This document shows, piece by piece, positions 13,168 through 25,460 of a stretch of 64,000 bases of DNA. The DNA comes from the human T2T-CHM13v2.0 reference genome, Homo sapiens. Position 1 is the first letter of the stretch; every line of letters begins with the position of its first letter. The translations under genes and the position numbers were made by a program. The stretch lies in NCBI RefSeq assembly GCF_009914755.1, contig NC_060926.1; one strand, written 5' to 3'. A model generated the notes under the pieces. It made no database searches, had not been told where the DNA came from, and saw nothing but the letters and a program-made list of their open reading frames with translations.

Positions 13168-13526
13168 GTGAGCAGCCCCCTGCCCGGGACGGCCCTGCTG
13201 CCATCTGCCCCCAGCCCCTCCCCGGCTCACAGGGCTGCCTGCTCTTGCGGCAGTTGGGGTGGAACTGGCAGGGGCCTGTGAGCCTGGCTGGGACCTAGTC
13301 TGCCTTTCTTTGTGGGGAGTGCCTGGGTTGCCACCTCCCCTTCTGCCACCCTGTTTGCTCCCTTGGCAGGGCCTGCGTGCCAAGTGCTGGCTCCGCAGTG
13401 CCCACTAGCTGCCCCTGTGCCCAGCACGTACCTTGGCGCACGCCCTGCAGTGCCCTGCAGGCCTCTGGTGGGGCTGCCTGTGCCCCACCCTTCCAGGCCT
13501 GCTGAGGCCCCACCTCTGCCACACAG

Positions 13527-13635
13527 GCCTATGTGGAGAAGTACAAGTTCACCAGCGTGGTGGCCCAGGACCTGCTGGACTCCTTCCTGAGCTTCTTCCC
13601 GGAGCTGAAGGAGCAGAGCGTGGACTGCCGGGCAG
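13527..13635 (+). CDS. RNPEPL1: RNPEPL1 exon 8
   Basis: acag|GCC TAT; AYVEKYKFTSVVAQDLLDSFLSFFPELKEQSVDCRA; G|gtgagg. Confidence 0.94.
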
Positions 13636-14559
13636 GTGAGGCTGACCCCCAACCCTGCAGCCAGGGAGCCGTGGGTATGATGGCAGGCGGGGCCTCTGCT
13701 GCCTGAGGGGCCACTCCACCTGGAGGAAAGCCCTGTCAGTTCACTGTCTGTCCTTCAGCCAACCCTTGCTGGACCATGTGGGCCCCAGGCTGGTATGCTA
13801 TGAGAACAGGGCTGGGGTTGGGGGCCTCCCTGGGGCCGGTGGCACAGGCTAAGCAGGCCAAGTCAGGCACTCCCAGGAAGCGGGCCATGGAAACCAGGTG
13901 TGCAAAGGGCCTGGTGCAGGAAGGGCGGGTGACGGGGGTGTCCTGGAGCTGGAGAACAGCAGCCAGCCCTGTTTATGTGTCACTTGTAAAGGTGTCCCTG
14001 AGGGTCTGAGGGCTTGGGGCCCAGGAAGGCACTGCAGGGTTCAGACATTGAGGGAGAGGCCAGAATTGCTGGAGGGTGGTGAGGTGCCACTGGGAGGGCT
14101 GTGCATGGTGACACCAAGTTTTGGAAGGTACAGCAAGTGCATCAAGAGCTTTTTGTGGGTAGGGAATGGGCACTGCCCTTTAAGAGCAGGAATATCATCT
14201 TAACAGCCTGTTGCCCCCATCCCGCCCCTGCTGGTTCATGGCGCAGGTGGCCTCCACCAGCACTGAGGTTGGGTTTAGACTACTTCATTGTCTTCCACCC
14301 AGGAGAGGCGTGGAGTGGGTGCGAGTCCCTTGGTCACCAACCCAAGTCTCTGCTTCCCTGTACCCCTTCACAGAAGCCCCTTCAGTGGCTTCAAGTGGCA
14401 GTGCTGGCTGGAGCTGACTCTGCCTTCCTGAACAGCCCACGTCCCTGGAACAGGCCACCTGCCTGGAACACACTCAGGGTCTGGGGTCTCCTGGGCAGAT
14501 TGCTCAGGCAGCCCCTTCCTAGCCTGGGCAGGGACCCCAGGGTCACTTCTCCCCTCTAG

Positions 14560-14790
14560 GGCTGGAATTCGAGCGCTGGCTCAATGCCACAGGCCCGCCG
14601 CTGGCTGAGCCGGACCTGTCTCAGGGATCCAGCCTGACCCGGCCCGTGGAGGCCCTTTTCCAGCTGTGGACCGCAGAACCTCTGGACCAGGCAGCTGCCT
14701 CGGCCAGCGCCATTGACATCTCCAAGTGGAGGACCTTCCAGACAGCACTCTTCCTGGACCGGCTCCTGGATGGGTCCCCGCTGCCGCAGG
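14560..14790 (+). CDS. RNPEPL1: RNPEPL1 exon 9
   Basis: ctag|GG CTG; LEFERWLNATGPP..WRTFQTALFLDRLLDGSPLPQ; G|gtgagt. Confidence 0.94.
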
Positions 14791-14872
14791 GTGAGTCCCT
14801 GCAGCTGATGGGGGCGGCCCAGGGGCTGGGGTGCAACAGCGGCCCAGCCCTGACCTGCCCCCTGCGCTGCAG

Positions 14873-15015
14873 AGGTGGTGATGAGCCTGTCCAAGTGCTA
14901 CTCCTCCCTGCTGGACTCGATGAACGCTGAGATCCGCATCCGCTGGCTGCAGATTGTGGTCCGCAACGACTACTATCCTGACCTCCACAGGGTGCGGCGC
15001 TTCCTGGAGAGCCAG
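14873..15015 (+). CDS. RNPEPL1: RNPEPL1 exon 10
   Basis: Follows an 82-nt intron; VVMSLSKCYSSLLDSMNAEIRIRWLQIVV..FLESQ; |gtgcgg. Confidence 0.94.
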
Positions 15016-15623
15016 GTGCGGTCACCTGCCCAGGGGGCCAGCCTGGAACGGCCTAGCCGTGCGGACTGGGAGTCCCACCCGACTCCCTAGTCTGAGCCCT
15101 TGGGGCAGGCCAGGCACATTCTGGAGAATGGGGCGGGGAAGACGTAGGGGTCTGTTGGGAGTGGGGGCATGCACCGGGTGCAGGTACCAGAGGGCAGCCT
15201 GGACTCCACCAGTTCTTGGAGAAGCTGTGGAAGGGACCAGCTGGGAGCAGGAGTTTAGGGTCCAGGCCACCACAGCCTGCTGGGCCCTGGGCCTTCAGCG
15301 TCCTGGTCTGGGCAGAGGGGACGTCCCAGCTCCTCAGAGGGAGGCCAGAGCCCTCAGGCCCGTGGGCCCTGGCTGCCCTGCTCCCTGTATGTGCTCCCTC
15401 CAGCCCAGGTTCCCTGGAGATGGGGCCTCCATGGTTGGCCTGGAAGGGCAGGGTGGAGGTGGGAGGCTAATGGTAGGCCTCCTGGCCACCGGAGTCCAGG
15501 CCACAGCCCTAATGATGAAGCTGGGAAGCCAGGGGCAGGAGGGCCGCCTGGCCGGGCTGGCAGGGTGGGCTGGCTCGAGGGGCCTGGGGAGCCCACCAGT
15601 GTGACCGAGTGCCCCTCCTGCAG

Positions 15624-15917
15624 ATGTCACGCATGTACACCATCCCGCTGTACGAGGACCTCTGCACCGGTGCCCTCAAGTCCTTCGCGCTGGAGGTCTT
15701 CTACCAGACGCAGGGCCGGCTGCACCCCAACCTGCGCAGAGCCATCCAGCAGATCCTGTCCCAGGGCCTGGGCTCCAGCACAGAGCCCGCCTCAGAGCCC
15801 AGCACGGAGCTGGGCAAGGCTGAAGCAGACACAGACTCGGACGCACAGGCCCTGCTGCTTGGGGACGAGGCCCCCAGCAGTGCCATCTCTCTCAGGGACG
15901 TCAATGTGTCTGCCTAG
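15624..15917 (+). CDS. RNPEPL1: RNPEPL1 exon 11 (terminal coding part)
   Basis: gcag|ATG TCA; MSRMYTIPLYEDL..DVNVSA; stop TAG at 15915-15917. Confidence 0.95.
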   Translation: MSRMYTIPLYEDLCTGALKSFALEVFYQTQGRLHPNLRRAIQQILSQGLGSSTEPASEPSTELGKAEADTDSDAQALLLGDEAPSSAISLRDVNVSA

Positions 15918-16731
15918 CCCTGTTGGCGGGCTGACCCTCGACCTCCCAGACACCACAATTGTGCCTTCTGTGGGCCAGGCCTGCCATGACTGCGTCTCGG
16001 CTCTGGCCATGAGCTCTGCCCAGGCCCACAAGCCCCTCCCCTGGGCTCTCCCAGGCAGGGAGAATGGGGAGAGGGACCTCCTTGTGTCTGGCAGAGACCT
16101 GTGGACCTGGCCTCCCCACTCCCAGCTCTCTTGCACTGCAGGCCCTGGGGCCAGCCCGCACACACCATGCCTCCTGTCTCAACACTGACAGCTGTGCCTA
16201 GCCCCGGATGCCAGCACCTGCCAGGTGCCGCCCCGGGGCAAGGGCCCCAGCAGCCCTATGGTGACCGCCACACTGTGCCTTAATGTCTGCCGGGGGCCCA
16301 GGCTGTGCTGTCCCTGCAGCACGCCTCCTTGCAGGGATCTGAGCCACCCTCCCCGCACAGCCCTGCACCCCGCCCCTAGGGTTGGCAGCCTCAGTTGGCC
16401 CCTGGCAGAGGAACAAGGACACAGACATTCCCTCAGTGTGGGGGGCAGGGGACACAGGGAGAGGATGGTTGTCCCTGGGGAGGGCCCTCTGGCCCCAGGC
16501 AACCTTAGCCCCTCAGAACAGGGAGTCCCAGGACCCAGGGAGAGTGTGGGGACAGGACAGCCTGTCTCTTGTAGCTTCCTGGGGTGGGAGGCACAGGGGC
16601 AAAGCAATACCCCAGGGAAAGTGGGAGGTGGTGCTGGTGCTCTCTCCAGGCCCACCATGCTGGGAGAGGCGGCCAGAGCCTGGGGCCTCCAGCCTGGGAC
16701 TGCTGTGATGGGGTATCACGGTGATGGTCCC

Positions 16732-16737
16732 ATTAAA
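16732..16737 (+). terminator. RNPEPL1: RNPEPL1 polyadenylation signal (ATTAAA)
   Basis: ATTAAA hexamer about 0.8 kb after the stop, followed by U/GU-rich sequence. Confidence 0.7.
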
Positions 16738-19405
16738 CTTCCACTCTGCAAACCTGATCTCCTGCGCTCTTTCTCGCGACTCTTGTCCTCTGCATCTTCC
16801 TGGCTGTGTAGGGTGGGCTGGCCTGCCGGGACTTGGGGCCTGGAGCTGGTCAGGAGCTGGGTGTGGCCCCCTCCTCTGATACATAAGCCCGAGAGCAGGC
16901 TCCCCGAATCCTGCCCAGCCCCTTGGCTGGACCCCCTGGGCCTGAGTAGCCTCTGGATGTCACAGGAAAGCCATGTGTCACCTTCACTCTGGGCCTTCAC
17001 CTGTGGCTTAAGCCAAATCCCGGCCTCAGTGGTGATCCTTTCCCAAGATGGGTACAAGGTGACAGGCATGTTTTGTTTTGGAGAACTGAGATTTCCATTT
17101 TCCCAGGCGATAGGTGTCGCTGCCCTTCACAGTCCCCAAGGATGTGGCGCCACCATCTCAGTGCCACGCACACCTGGCCAACATGCCGTGGCCCAGAAGC
17201 AGCACGTCTCTTCTCCCAACCCGCTGGCCAGGCCCAGTCACAGCCCCACTCCACACATGGCAGCCAGGAAGTGGGGAGGGCAGGAGGTGCTGGGCAAATA
17301 ACCCTGATACCATCACTGTCCAGTCCCCAGTCACCAAATGTCCCACTCACCCTCCTTCCTGTTCTGGATGCCCCGCCCCTCCCCTCCCCTCCCAAGGACA
17401 TATGAGTCCCCTCCAGTGGCGGTGGCAACTCTGGTCTAGGGTCTGGGGCCGTCTCTACATGTGTTGCTTCATGTACCTTCTTCACATCAGGTCTGGGGGA
17501 GGCGCCACCCCATCCAGAGACCTAGGAACTAGAAGACTGCCACTGCCCCTCACACCCAGGGATAGGATGACTGCAGTAACCCCTGTGAAAGCGGGTGTGG
17601 AGGGCACCTGGCAGCCCCTGCTGCATGGCCATCTAAAGTCTTGCCAGGCAGGCACAGCTAGGGCCCCTGCCTGGGAGTGGACACCCCACTCCCCCAAGTC
17701 GTGTTCTCTGTGGCCTGGGGCTCCAGCCTTGGGAGGACCCCTTTCCTGTTTCTTAACCATGCTTGATGGTGTCCTCAAAGGAGCCCTGCTCAGTGGCAGA
17801 ACTGCTTTCTCAGCCTCTTCCCCGCCAAGGTTGTTTTCAAGTCCCAGCAGTCACAGACTTTCATCCTGGGCTCTTCTTTCTTTTGCAATTCAGCTCTCGA
17901 AATGACTCTGTGGTCTGCGGGTGACTCCACTCCACGTGCCTACAGCCACGCCCACAGCGCCACCTCCGGACGCTGCTGAGCTGCGCACCTGTGCCTGACA
18001 CCTGGCTTTGGGAAACTCAGCAGCAGTGCCCAGCGTCATGACCCTGGGGGCAGGAGGGCATCTGGATCCAGGATGGCACCCTCACCACAATCTGTCTTGG
18101 CTCTGTGCCCGCCCGTGGGGTACACAGGAGGGCTCTTTCAGCCCTAAGTCCTTGTGTTCCTGACCTTTGTTCCTCTTCCACCCAGCTTGCAAGTGCAGAA
18201 TTTTTTTTTAGCTCGTCGCTTCCCTGCAGTCCCTTGTCCAATGCAGCCTCCGGCCGATACTCAGGCCAGTGTTGTTTCCCAACCTCTCCACTAGATACGC
18301 ACACTTAGCTCACGGTCTGCCTCATGAGTCATCCCAGTTGAGCTTTACCAAATGTTTTGCCCCACCTAACAGCCTGCCCACATTCCAAATCCTGGCAGGT
18401 CGCACGTTTTATTAGCACAGCACCCCTCTCCTAGCGGCCAGCTTCTCTATTAGGCCACGTTATGCTCCAGCCACACAACTATGAAGCGCAGACGTCTCAC
18501 ACAACAAAGCTTTCTCATGCTGCAGGCCCACCTCAGGCTGGCAGGGGAAGGGGGGATTCTCTTCAATGTGACCACTCTCGGACCCGTACCGATGAACAGA
18601 GATCTCAAATGTTTCCAGGCACCTTGCCAGGGATAAGAGAGCTGTTGAGGGGCTCACACTGGCAGTGGAAGTTCTAAGGGGCCTACAACCACAGGGGCTG
18701 CAACCCCACCATATGCACAAAAGCGGGGGCAGATGGCAAACAGCACTAATGACAACGACGGAGCTGAGGCCAGAATGTGAGAGAGATCTGCATTTTGGGG
18801 ATTAGGGCCTAGTCAGGCAGGTAGGAGATGATGTTCAAAAAGGGAAAAGAAGCGTGATGAAAGACTGGTTTCTACAGAGATAGATTAGAAAGCTGAAGCC
18901 TGAAAAAACAGTGAAGGAGACCCATGCAAATTTCTAGGCCCTGGAGGTCCAAATAAGGTTTTCTAAGTCCCTCAGGCCATGACAGGTTCAGTCCAGACTT
19001 GTCTCCCAGAGTGTTTCTCTGCCATCCCTACTCTAACTGGGACTTATTGGTGGTGTTTCTCTCCTAAGGCCAGATGCTTTGCACAGAACATTAGGAAACT
19101 CCAGATGTAAAGGTAAGGCACAACTGAGAATCACCTGCCCAGGGCAGCAACACAGTGTGAAGGAAAACAGGCCACTCAACCCAAACTTACACCTGAGACA
19201 GAGGCAACAGAAAAATCAGAAAAGGACTTTAGAACACATATAATCAAAATCTCAGACCTAAAGACGACTTTTGAAATAAACCATAACATATGAAGAGGCA
19301 CTTATGAAACAAGAACAGGTAGTTTATAAAAAAGAACCAGTCAGAGACCCTGGAAATTTTTAAAAAAGCAATTACTAAAATAAAAAATGAAAACTCAGTC
19401 AACAG

Positions 19406-19775
19406 TGCTCTGGTTTGGATGTTCCCTCCAAAATTCATGTTGAAATTTAATTGCCATTGTGATGGTATTAAGAGGTGGAACCATTAAGAAGCGATTAGGC
19501 CATGAGGGTTCTGCCTTCATGAATGCATTAATGTCATTATCAGAGTGGGTTCGTTATCATGAGCATGTGTTGTAAAAATGAATTTAGCTGTCTCTTGCTG
19601 TGTGTCCTCTTGCTCTTCCATCTTCCCCCATGGAATGGTGTGGCAAGAAGGCCTTTACCAGATGCCAGCCCCTCGCCCTTGGACTTCCCAGCCTCCAGAA
19701 CTATAAGAAATACATTTATTTTCATTATAAATTACCCAGTCCATGGTATTGTTATAGGAACAGAAAATGCACTTG
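19406..19775. mobile_element. MaLR LTR (MST family)
   Basis: TGCTCTGGTTTGGATGTTCCCTCCAAAATTCATGTTGAAATTTAAT..TTGGACTTCCCAGCCTCCAGAACT..ATAAATTACCCAGT. Confidence 0.8.
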
Positions 19776-20705
19776 GGGATATTAGGTCGTGGAGAGTAAA
19801 AAAAAAAAAAAATAAGTTCCAGTCAATCAAGGCATCCTCATTCTCAACATTGCCTGCATTCTACCCTCCAGGGGTCCCCTCCATGGCCCTTCATCTGCCC
19901 CCACCCCGCAACTCAGCCTCATTTCTTCAGCCACTTTCTCCCCCACATCTCTCTTCCCTTCCCATCAGACCTTCACATCCTGCAAGCTAAGCCACCTCAA
20001 CTAGCCATGCCCTCAGGGCTCTTACTCAAGCACCCACCAAGATGTTTTTCCTAACAAAGACTGTCCTTTTACTAAGAGGAATCTGATGTCAGCTGTTAGT
20101 CTCCGCTCCCCCCCACCCCCCATCTCTCGGAATAATCACCTGGTCAGAGAGAAGCCCAAGAGCACGGACATGCCAGCTAAAGGTGGAGCTTGGCAAGGGT
20201 GTCCACAGAGTGGCCAGGCCCAGCACAGATCCGAGGGGCTTTTAACAGGCACAGGCAGAGTGCTAAGGAGATCACTACCACCCACCCACCCATCCAGCCA
20301 GGCCCAGATAAACCTCTCCTTGTTCCAAATGAATGAGCAAACAGAAAAATTCCAGTGTGGAGGGAATACAACACCCACAATGCAGAAAATAGCCCACATC
20401 CAAAATATGCTCCCCTCAGATAACTAGTCAACTGTGCAAACTATCTGCATAATCCTCACAATAAAGTTGAAGAACACAAAACCACTTCATACAAAGAGTT
20501 AGGAAAAAAATTCCTATAAGGAGGAGCATGTACCATATTTATTCCCACTCTGTTTACTAAGCATGTATTATAATGAGAAAAAAAGCTCAATCTAAAATAT
20601 TGCCAACAAAGAATCCATTCCTCACGTTGCAGTAAATGAAGCGGGCTGAGGTCAGCCTCCTTTTATGCTGGCTGCCCCAACTCTAAGGAGTTGATGCGTC
20701 CTACT

Positions 20706-21140
20706 GTTAACAGCGGAGGATGTCCAGGTTCTTGGCGTCTTAAATAAAGAATTGGACAAAACACACACAGAGAGCAAAGAAGGAATGAAGGGATTTATTG
20801 AAAATGAAAGTACACTCCACAGTGTGGGGGTGAGCCTGAGCATAGGAGCACAAAAGCCTTGTTACAGAACTTCTGAGAGTTTAAATACCCTCTAGGTGAT
20901 TCCATTGGTTACTTGGGGCACACGTTATGTAGATGGAGAGCCTGTTACAGAACTTCTGAGAGTTTAAACACCCTCTAGGTGATTCCATTGGTTACTTGGG
21001 GCACACGTTATGCAGATGGAGAGGATGAAGTTACAAAGTCATTTGCTTGGCCTATGCCCTATGGAGAAGGTATTTCCTATCATAACTGAAGTGTGAATCA
21101 GCCTATGTTCCCTGCACTCAGACCCTATTTTCCTGCCTCC
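20706..21140 (-). mobile_element. ERV1 solo LTR, MER51A-like, with an internal 83-bp tandem duplication
   Basis: Minus strand begins GAGGCAGGAAAATAGGGTCTG..CAGGGAACATAGGCTGATTCACACTTCAG; repeat units start at 20860 and 20943. Confidence 0.75.
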
Positions 21141-22127
21141 TACCTACAGCTGTGTGGTCCTGAGCTGTCACCTCTTCCCTTTGAAGCTCAGGTTCCTCAT
21201 CGGTAAAATGAGGCAGAAATACTCACTGCTGAGATGTGTGAGGATCGCACAAACTCAGTGTCTCAACATGTTGTACGTGTGTTTTGGCCCTCTGAGCCCT
21301 TGAGGGCTGCCCCAGGTGGAACCCTCTTCACTTTTCTTGGAGAACTGACCATGGGTTGCAGCAAAGCCTAAAATGGTTCCTGTTTCAGCCCTGCCTGGGA
21401 AGATTCAGCTGGAACCTTTAGGCTAGGAAAAGGGAGAAGGACCCTACCCCCACTGTGCCCGACCTGAGACAAATCCACAGAAAAGCAATCCTTGCTAACT
21501 CTGGGCAGTATGTGGACAAGATACTAATTTTTAATCTCTGCATCTCCATGAGAATGCAAGGACCAGCACAGTGAAGTGCCCAATGATTGCCCCCTGAACA
21601 AACGGAGATGTCAAGTTCAGAAAAAATCCTGGCTGAGGAAGACAGGGAACATTCCCTTGAAAAACAAGGGCAGTCATCCAGACAGAGCAAGAGGAGTGGC
21701 AGGATAAGAGGAGGCAGACAGGGTTGATTCCACAGGGCTCCTCCTCAACACCCATGAACCTGAGAAGTAAGTGGTCAGATGCGTTTCAGGCCACTGGCCA
21801 GCAGTGGGGTCATGGCGGGAACTAGTCCCACCTGAAGGACTCTCATCTCCCTACAATCCCCAAACGCTGAGGCATGGGGATGCTCTTCCCTCCTTGAAGT
21901 GAGGGCCCCGAGGCTCTCATACTTTAATTACAGTACTTCAGACCAAGAGCCTGCAGTTGAGGAGGCCAGGGTCATGAATCAGCTGCCCCCCAAACTCCTT
22001 ATCTCACCAACCCAAGCTGCTTACAACCCCTCCAGATATCCCAGGAGCCGGGGGGAATGTCATTCTTCAGGGCTGAGGGAACATCTTTGCACCCTGGGGT
22101 AGCAGATGGGACCACAGGGCATGTGGA

Positions 22128-22880
<753 letters not shown>

Positions 22881-23949
22881 ATGGGGTAATAGTGGGGGCA
22901 GGTTGACACAGGGCTGCTGCCTACCCAGCACCAGCTGTCTCTTGGCCCCTTCCAGATCCTGGCAATCTGGCTACAGGCATGGGCCCAGCCTTGGACACAG
23001 ATGTGGCCACAGGAAGCTGTTAGCTCTCCAGATCTGATCAGCCTGGGAGAGCGGCACAACAAAGGCTCCCAAAGGAGAGTCGGGATCCTCAGCTAGCCTC
23101 AGCTCTGCTACCCACCCATATGTGCCCAGAACAGGAAAGATACGTGTTTCTTACTCCTCCGGGACTCCTAGGTGAAGCTGAGACCAGGCTCTTCTTGAGT
23201 CCTCTCAGCTATGGTGCAACCACCAGCCTAGCAAGGAATCAGAAACATCTTCCGGAAGAGTCAGCACCATAGAGGGTGCTGAATGGGCAATGAAGCATCC
23301 CGGAGATGAAACATCTGGGCAGTGAGGCATCCCACAGGTGTTGGGCTATGCAGTCACTCCCTTTCTCAGACCGAGGCAAGTACATAAGCACTCTGGGCCC
23401 CTAATCAGGGGCCTGGGGCCAGGTGGGATGAAAACAGCAGTGTCCTGCCACCTGAACAACTGCTACTCACGCAGGCCCCACCTGGCCTCTCAGAGGGAGG
23501 AACCTGGGACTCCTGAACCAGATTCAATTTCTCCTTCAACAGCCGGGACTTTTCGCTCCTGACTGCAGAAAAACAGCTTCAATGTGACCATCCTTGATAG
23601 TCCGAGGCTGAGTAAAATGGCCTGAGGAGGCAAAATCTGAAAAGCTCTATTAGGTGGCAAACTGCTGTCACTAGAAGAGTTGAGGCCCCCTTCTCCTCCC
23701 CTGCCTGACCGCCTTCATTCCTGGGAATGGAACAGGTTCTTGGGGCAAGGGTGAATCCTCGAGCAGGTCCCAGGATCACTATCCTCACCTCCCCGCGGCA
23801 CTGAATGGCTATAGCTGTAAATGTGCGTCCACGGGGTCACTGTCCAGCCACCAGGACCAGGTGCCTGGCCATCTGGGGAATCGGAAAACGCTCAGCGGGA
23901 TGCTCTGGCCACCTCCCCTGCCCTCAGTTAAGATGTAGAGCGTTCAACC

Positions 23950-25460
23950 TAAAATGCCTAGAAACAAAGCCCAGGCCCGGGAAGGTCGAACGAGTGCGAC
24001 GCCGCTCCCTCAAGCTCTTCCCTCGGAGCCGTCTCATTTCCCAAAACTCCCAAACACATCACAGAGAGAGGTGTTGAGCCAGGTGGTCACTCCCTTTTCC
24101 AGAACCACAGCAAGAAGTTGAGCCTGCTGGGCTCCTAACGAAGGCCCTGGGGCCCGGTGGGATGAAAAGCCCTATTAGGTAGCAAACAGCTGTCACTAGA
24201 GGGGTTGAGGCCCCCTTCTCCCCTGCCTGACGACGACGGCGGCAGGAACTCGACCGGCGCCGGACAGCTCGCAACTTGCCTTACCAAGCGTAAATCTCGG
24301 TTCCTCCCAACTACCCGCGGCCACGGCCTCCGCAGCAGAGCGCCGGAAGCAGAGACGCGTTTCGGGAGGAAGGTGCATGCTGGGAGCGGCGGCGCATGCT
24401 GGGAGCTGTAGTCTGCGACGCAACTCGGCCGAGGTGGCTCCCTGGTCCCTGAAGCTCCCAGAGCCCGCGTGTTCAGGCGGTCCCGACACCCCGGCCCGAG
24501 CCTCACCGGCTGGAGGACTGAACGCCTGCCGGCCCTCCGGGTATGAGCGGAGGCCGGGATAGCCCTGGGCTCCGCCGCCCCCGGAAGGAAAAAATACAGT
24601 GCGGTCCGCCGCCCGACCACGAAAGAGCGGAGCTCGGGAGCCCCGCCCCCTGGGCCTCCGACGTCCGTGGCGCTTTCCGTCGCGCGAGTGCGATTGGGCC
24701 GCCTGTCACGTGACCCGAGACCCCACGCCCGGTTGGCTGCCGCCTGGTTACCAATGGGAGACTAGCGGGCCGGCGTACTGGCCTGGTCCAGCACCTGCGG
24801 GGCCCTCGGGCTTGGAGGGCTGGGCCGGGCGGGGAACGGGCGGGGCGGGCCGGAGGCGGCGGCGGCTGACTCGCCTTCTCTCCGGGGCTGCGACCCCGAG
24901 GCAACCGGCTGCAGATGGGAGCCCGCGGAGCCGAGGATGCGGGCGGGCCGGGGCGCGACGCCGGCGAGGGAGCTGTTCCGGGACGCCGCCTTCCCCGCCG
25001 CGGACTCCTCGCTCTTCTGCGACTTGTCTACGCCGCTGGCCCAGTTCCGCGAGGACATCACGTGGAGGCGGCCCCAGGTGGGGCCGTGTGGGGTGCGGTG
25101 GGCGCCGTTTCTGGTTTCTGAGATCTCCGCTCCTCGCAGGGAGCGGGGCGGGGTGGGCGGCCAGGGTAGCTCCGAACGCAGGGTCCGCCGTTGTTCTCCT
25201 CAGAAGTGGGCGCCCGGCCCCCTCTTTTCGTACCTCCTTCATACCCCCGCCCAGAACGAGCAGGACTCGGCGCTACCCTAAGGACGCTAAACTAGGTCGT
25301 GGCCTCCGCCTGCGAGAGCTCCAATCCAGGAGGCTCAGAGCGCTGCGAGAGGCGTTTTAACAGAGCCCCAAACCCCGCCCCACCTGTTTGCTTTCGCCCT
25401 GAAGAGCGTTTGTGTCTGCTCCTCCCGCAGAGAGGGCCGCTCGTGCCCCTCTGAAGTGGC
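23950..25460. promoter_or_regulatory. CAPN10: CpG island / bidirectional CAPN10 promoter
   Basis: ZNF143/THAP11-type motif at 24394-24412, ATTGG at 24693, palindromic GTCACGTGAC at 24705-24714, CCAAT at 24751, plus ETS and GC boxes. Confidence 0.88.
24937..25077 (+). CDS. CAPN10: Calpain-10 coding exon 1 of 12 (spliced CDS 24937..36740, 672 aa)
   Basis: [34 protein letters not shown]; |gtgggg. The 12 exons sum to 2019 nt. Confidence 0.96.

Noticed and set aside
16225-17905. 358-aa and 263-aa ORFs over the RNPEPL1 3' UTR and flank
   Set aside because: No recognisable domain; the first crosses the poly(A) signal; consistent with chance ORFs in GC-rich DNA.
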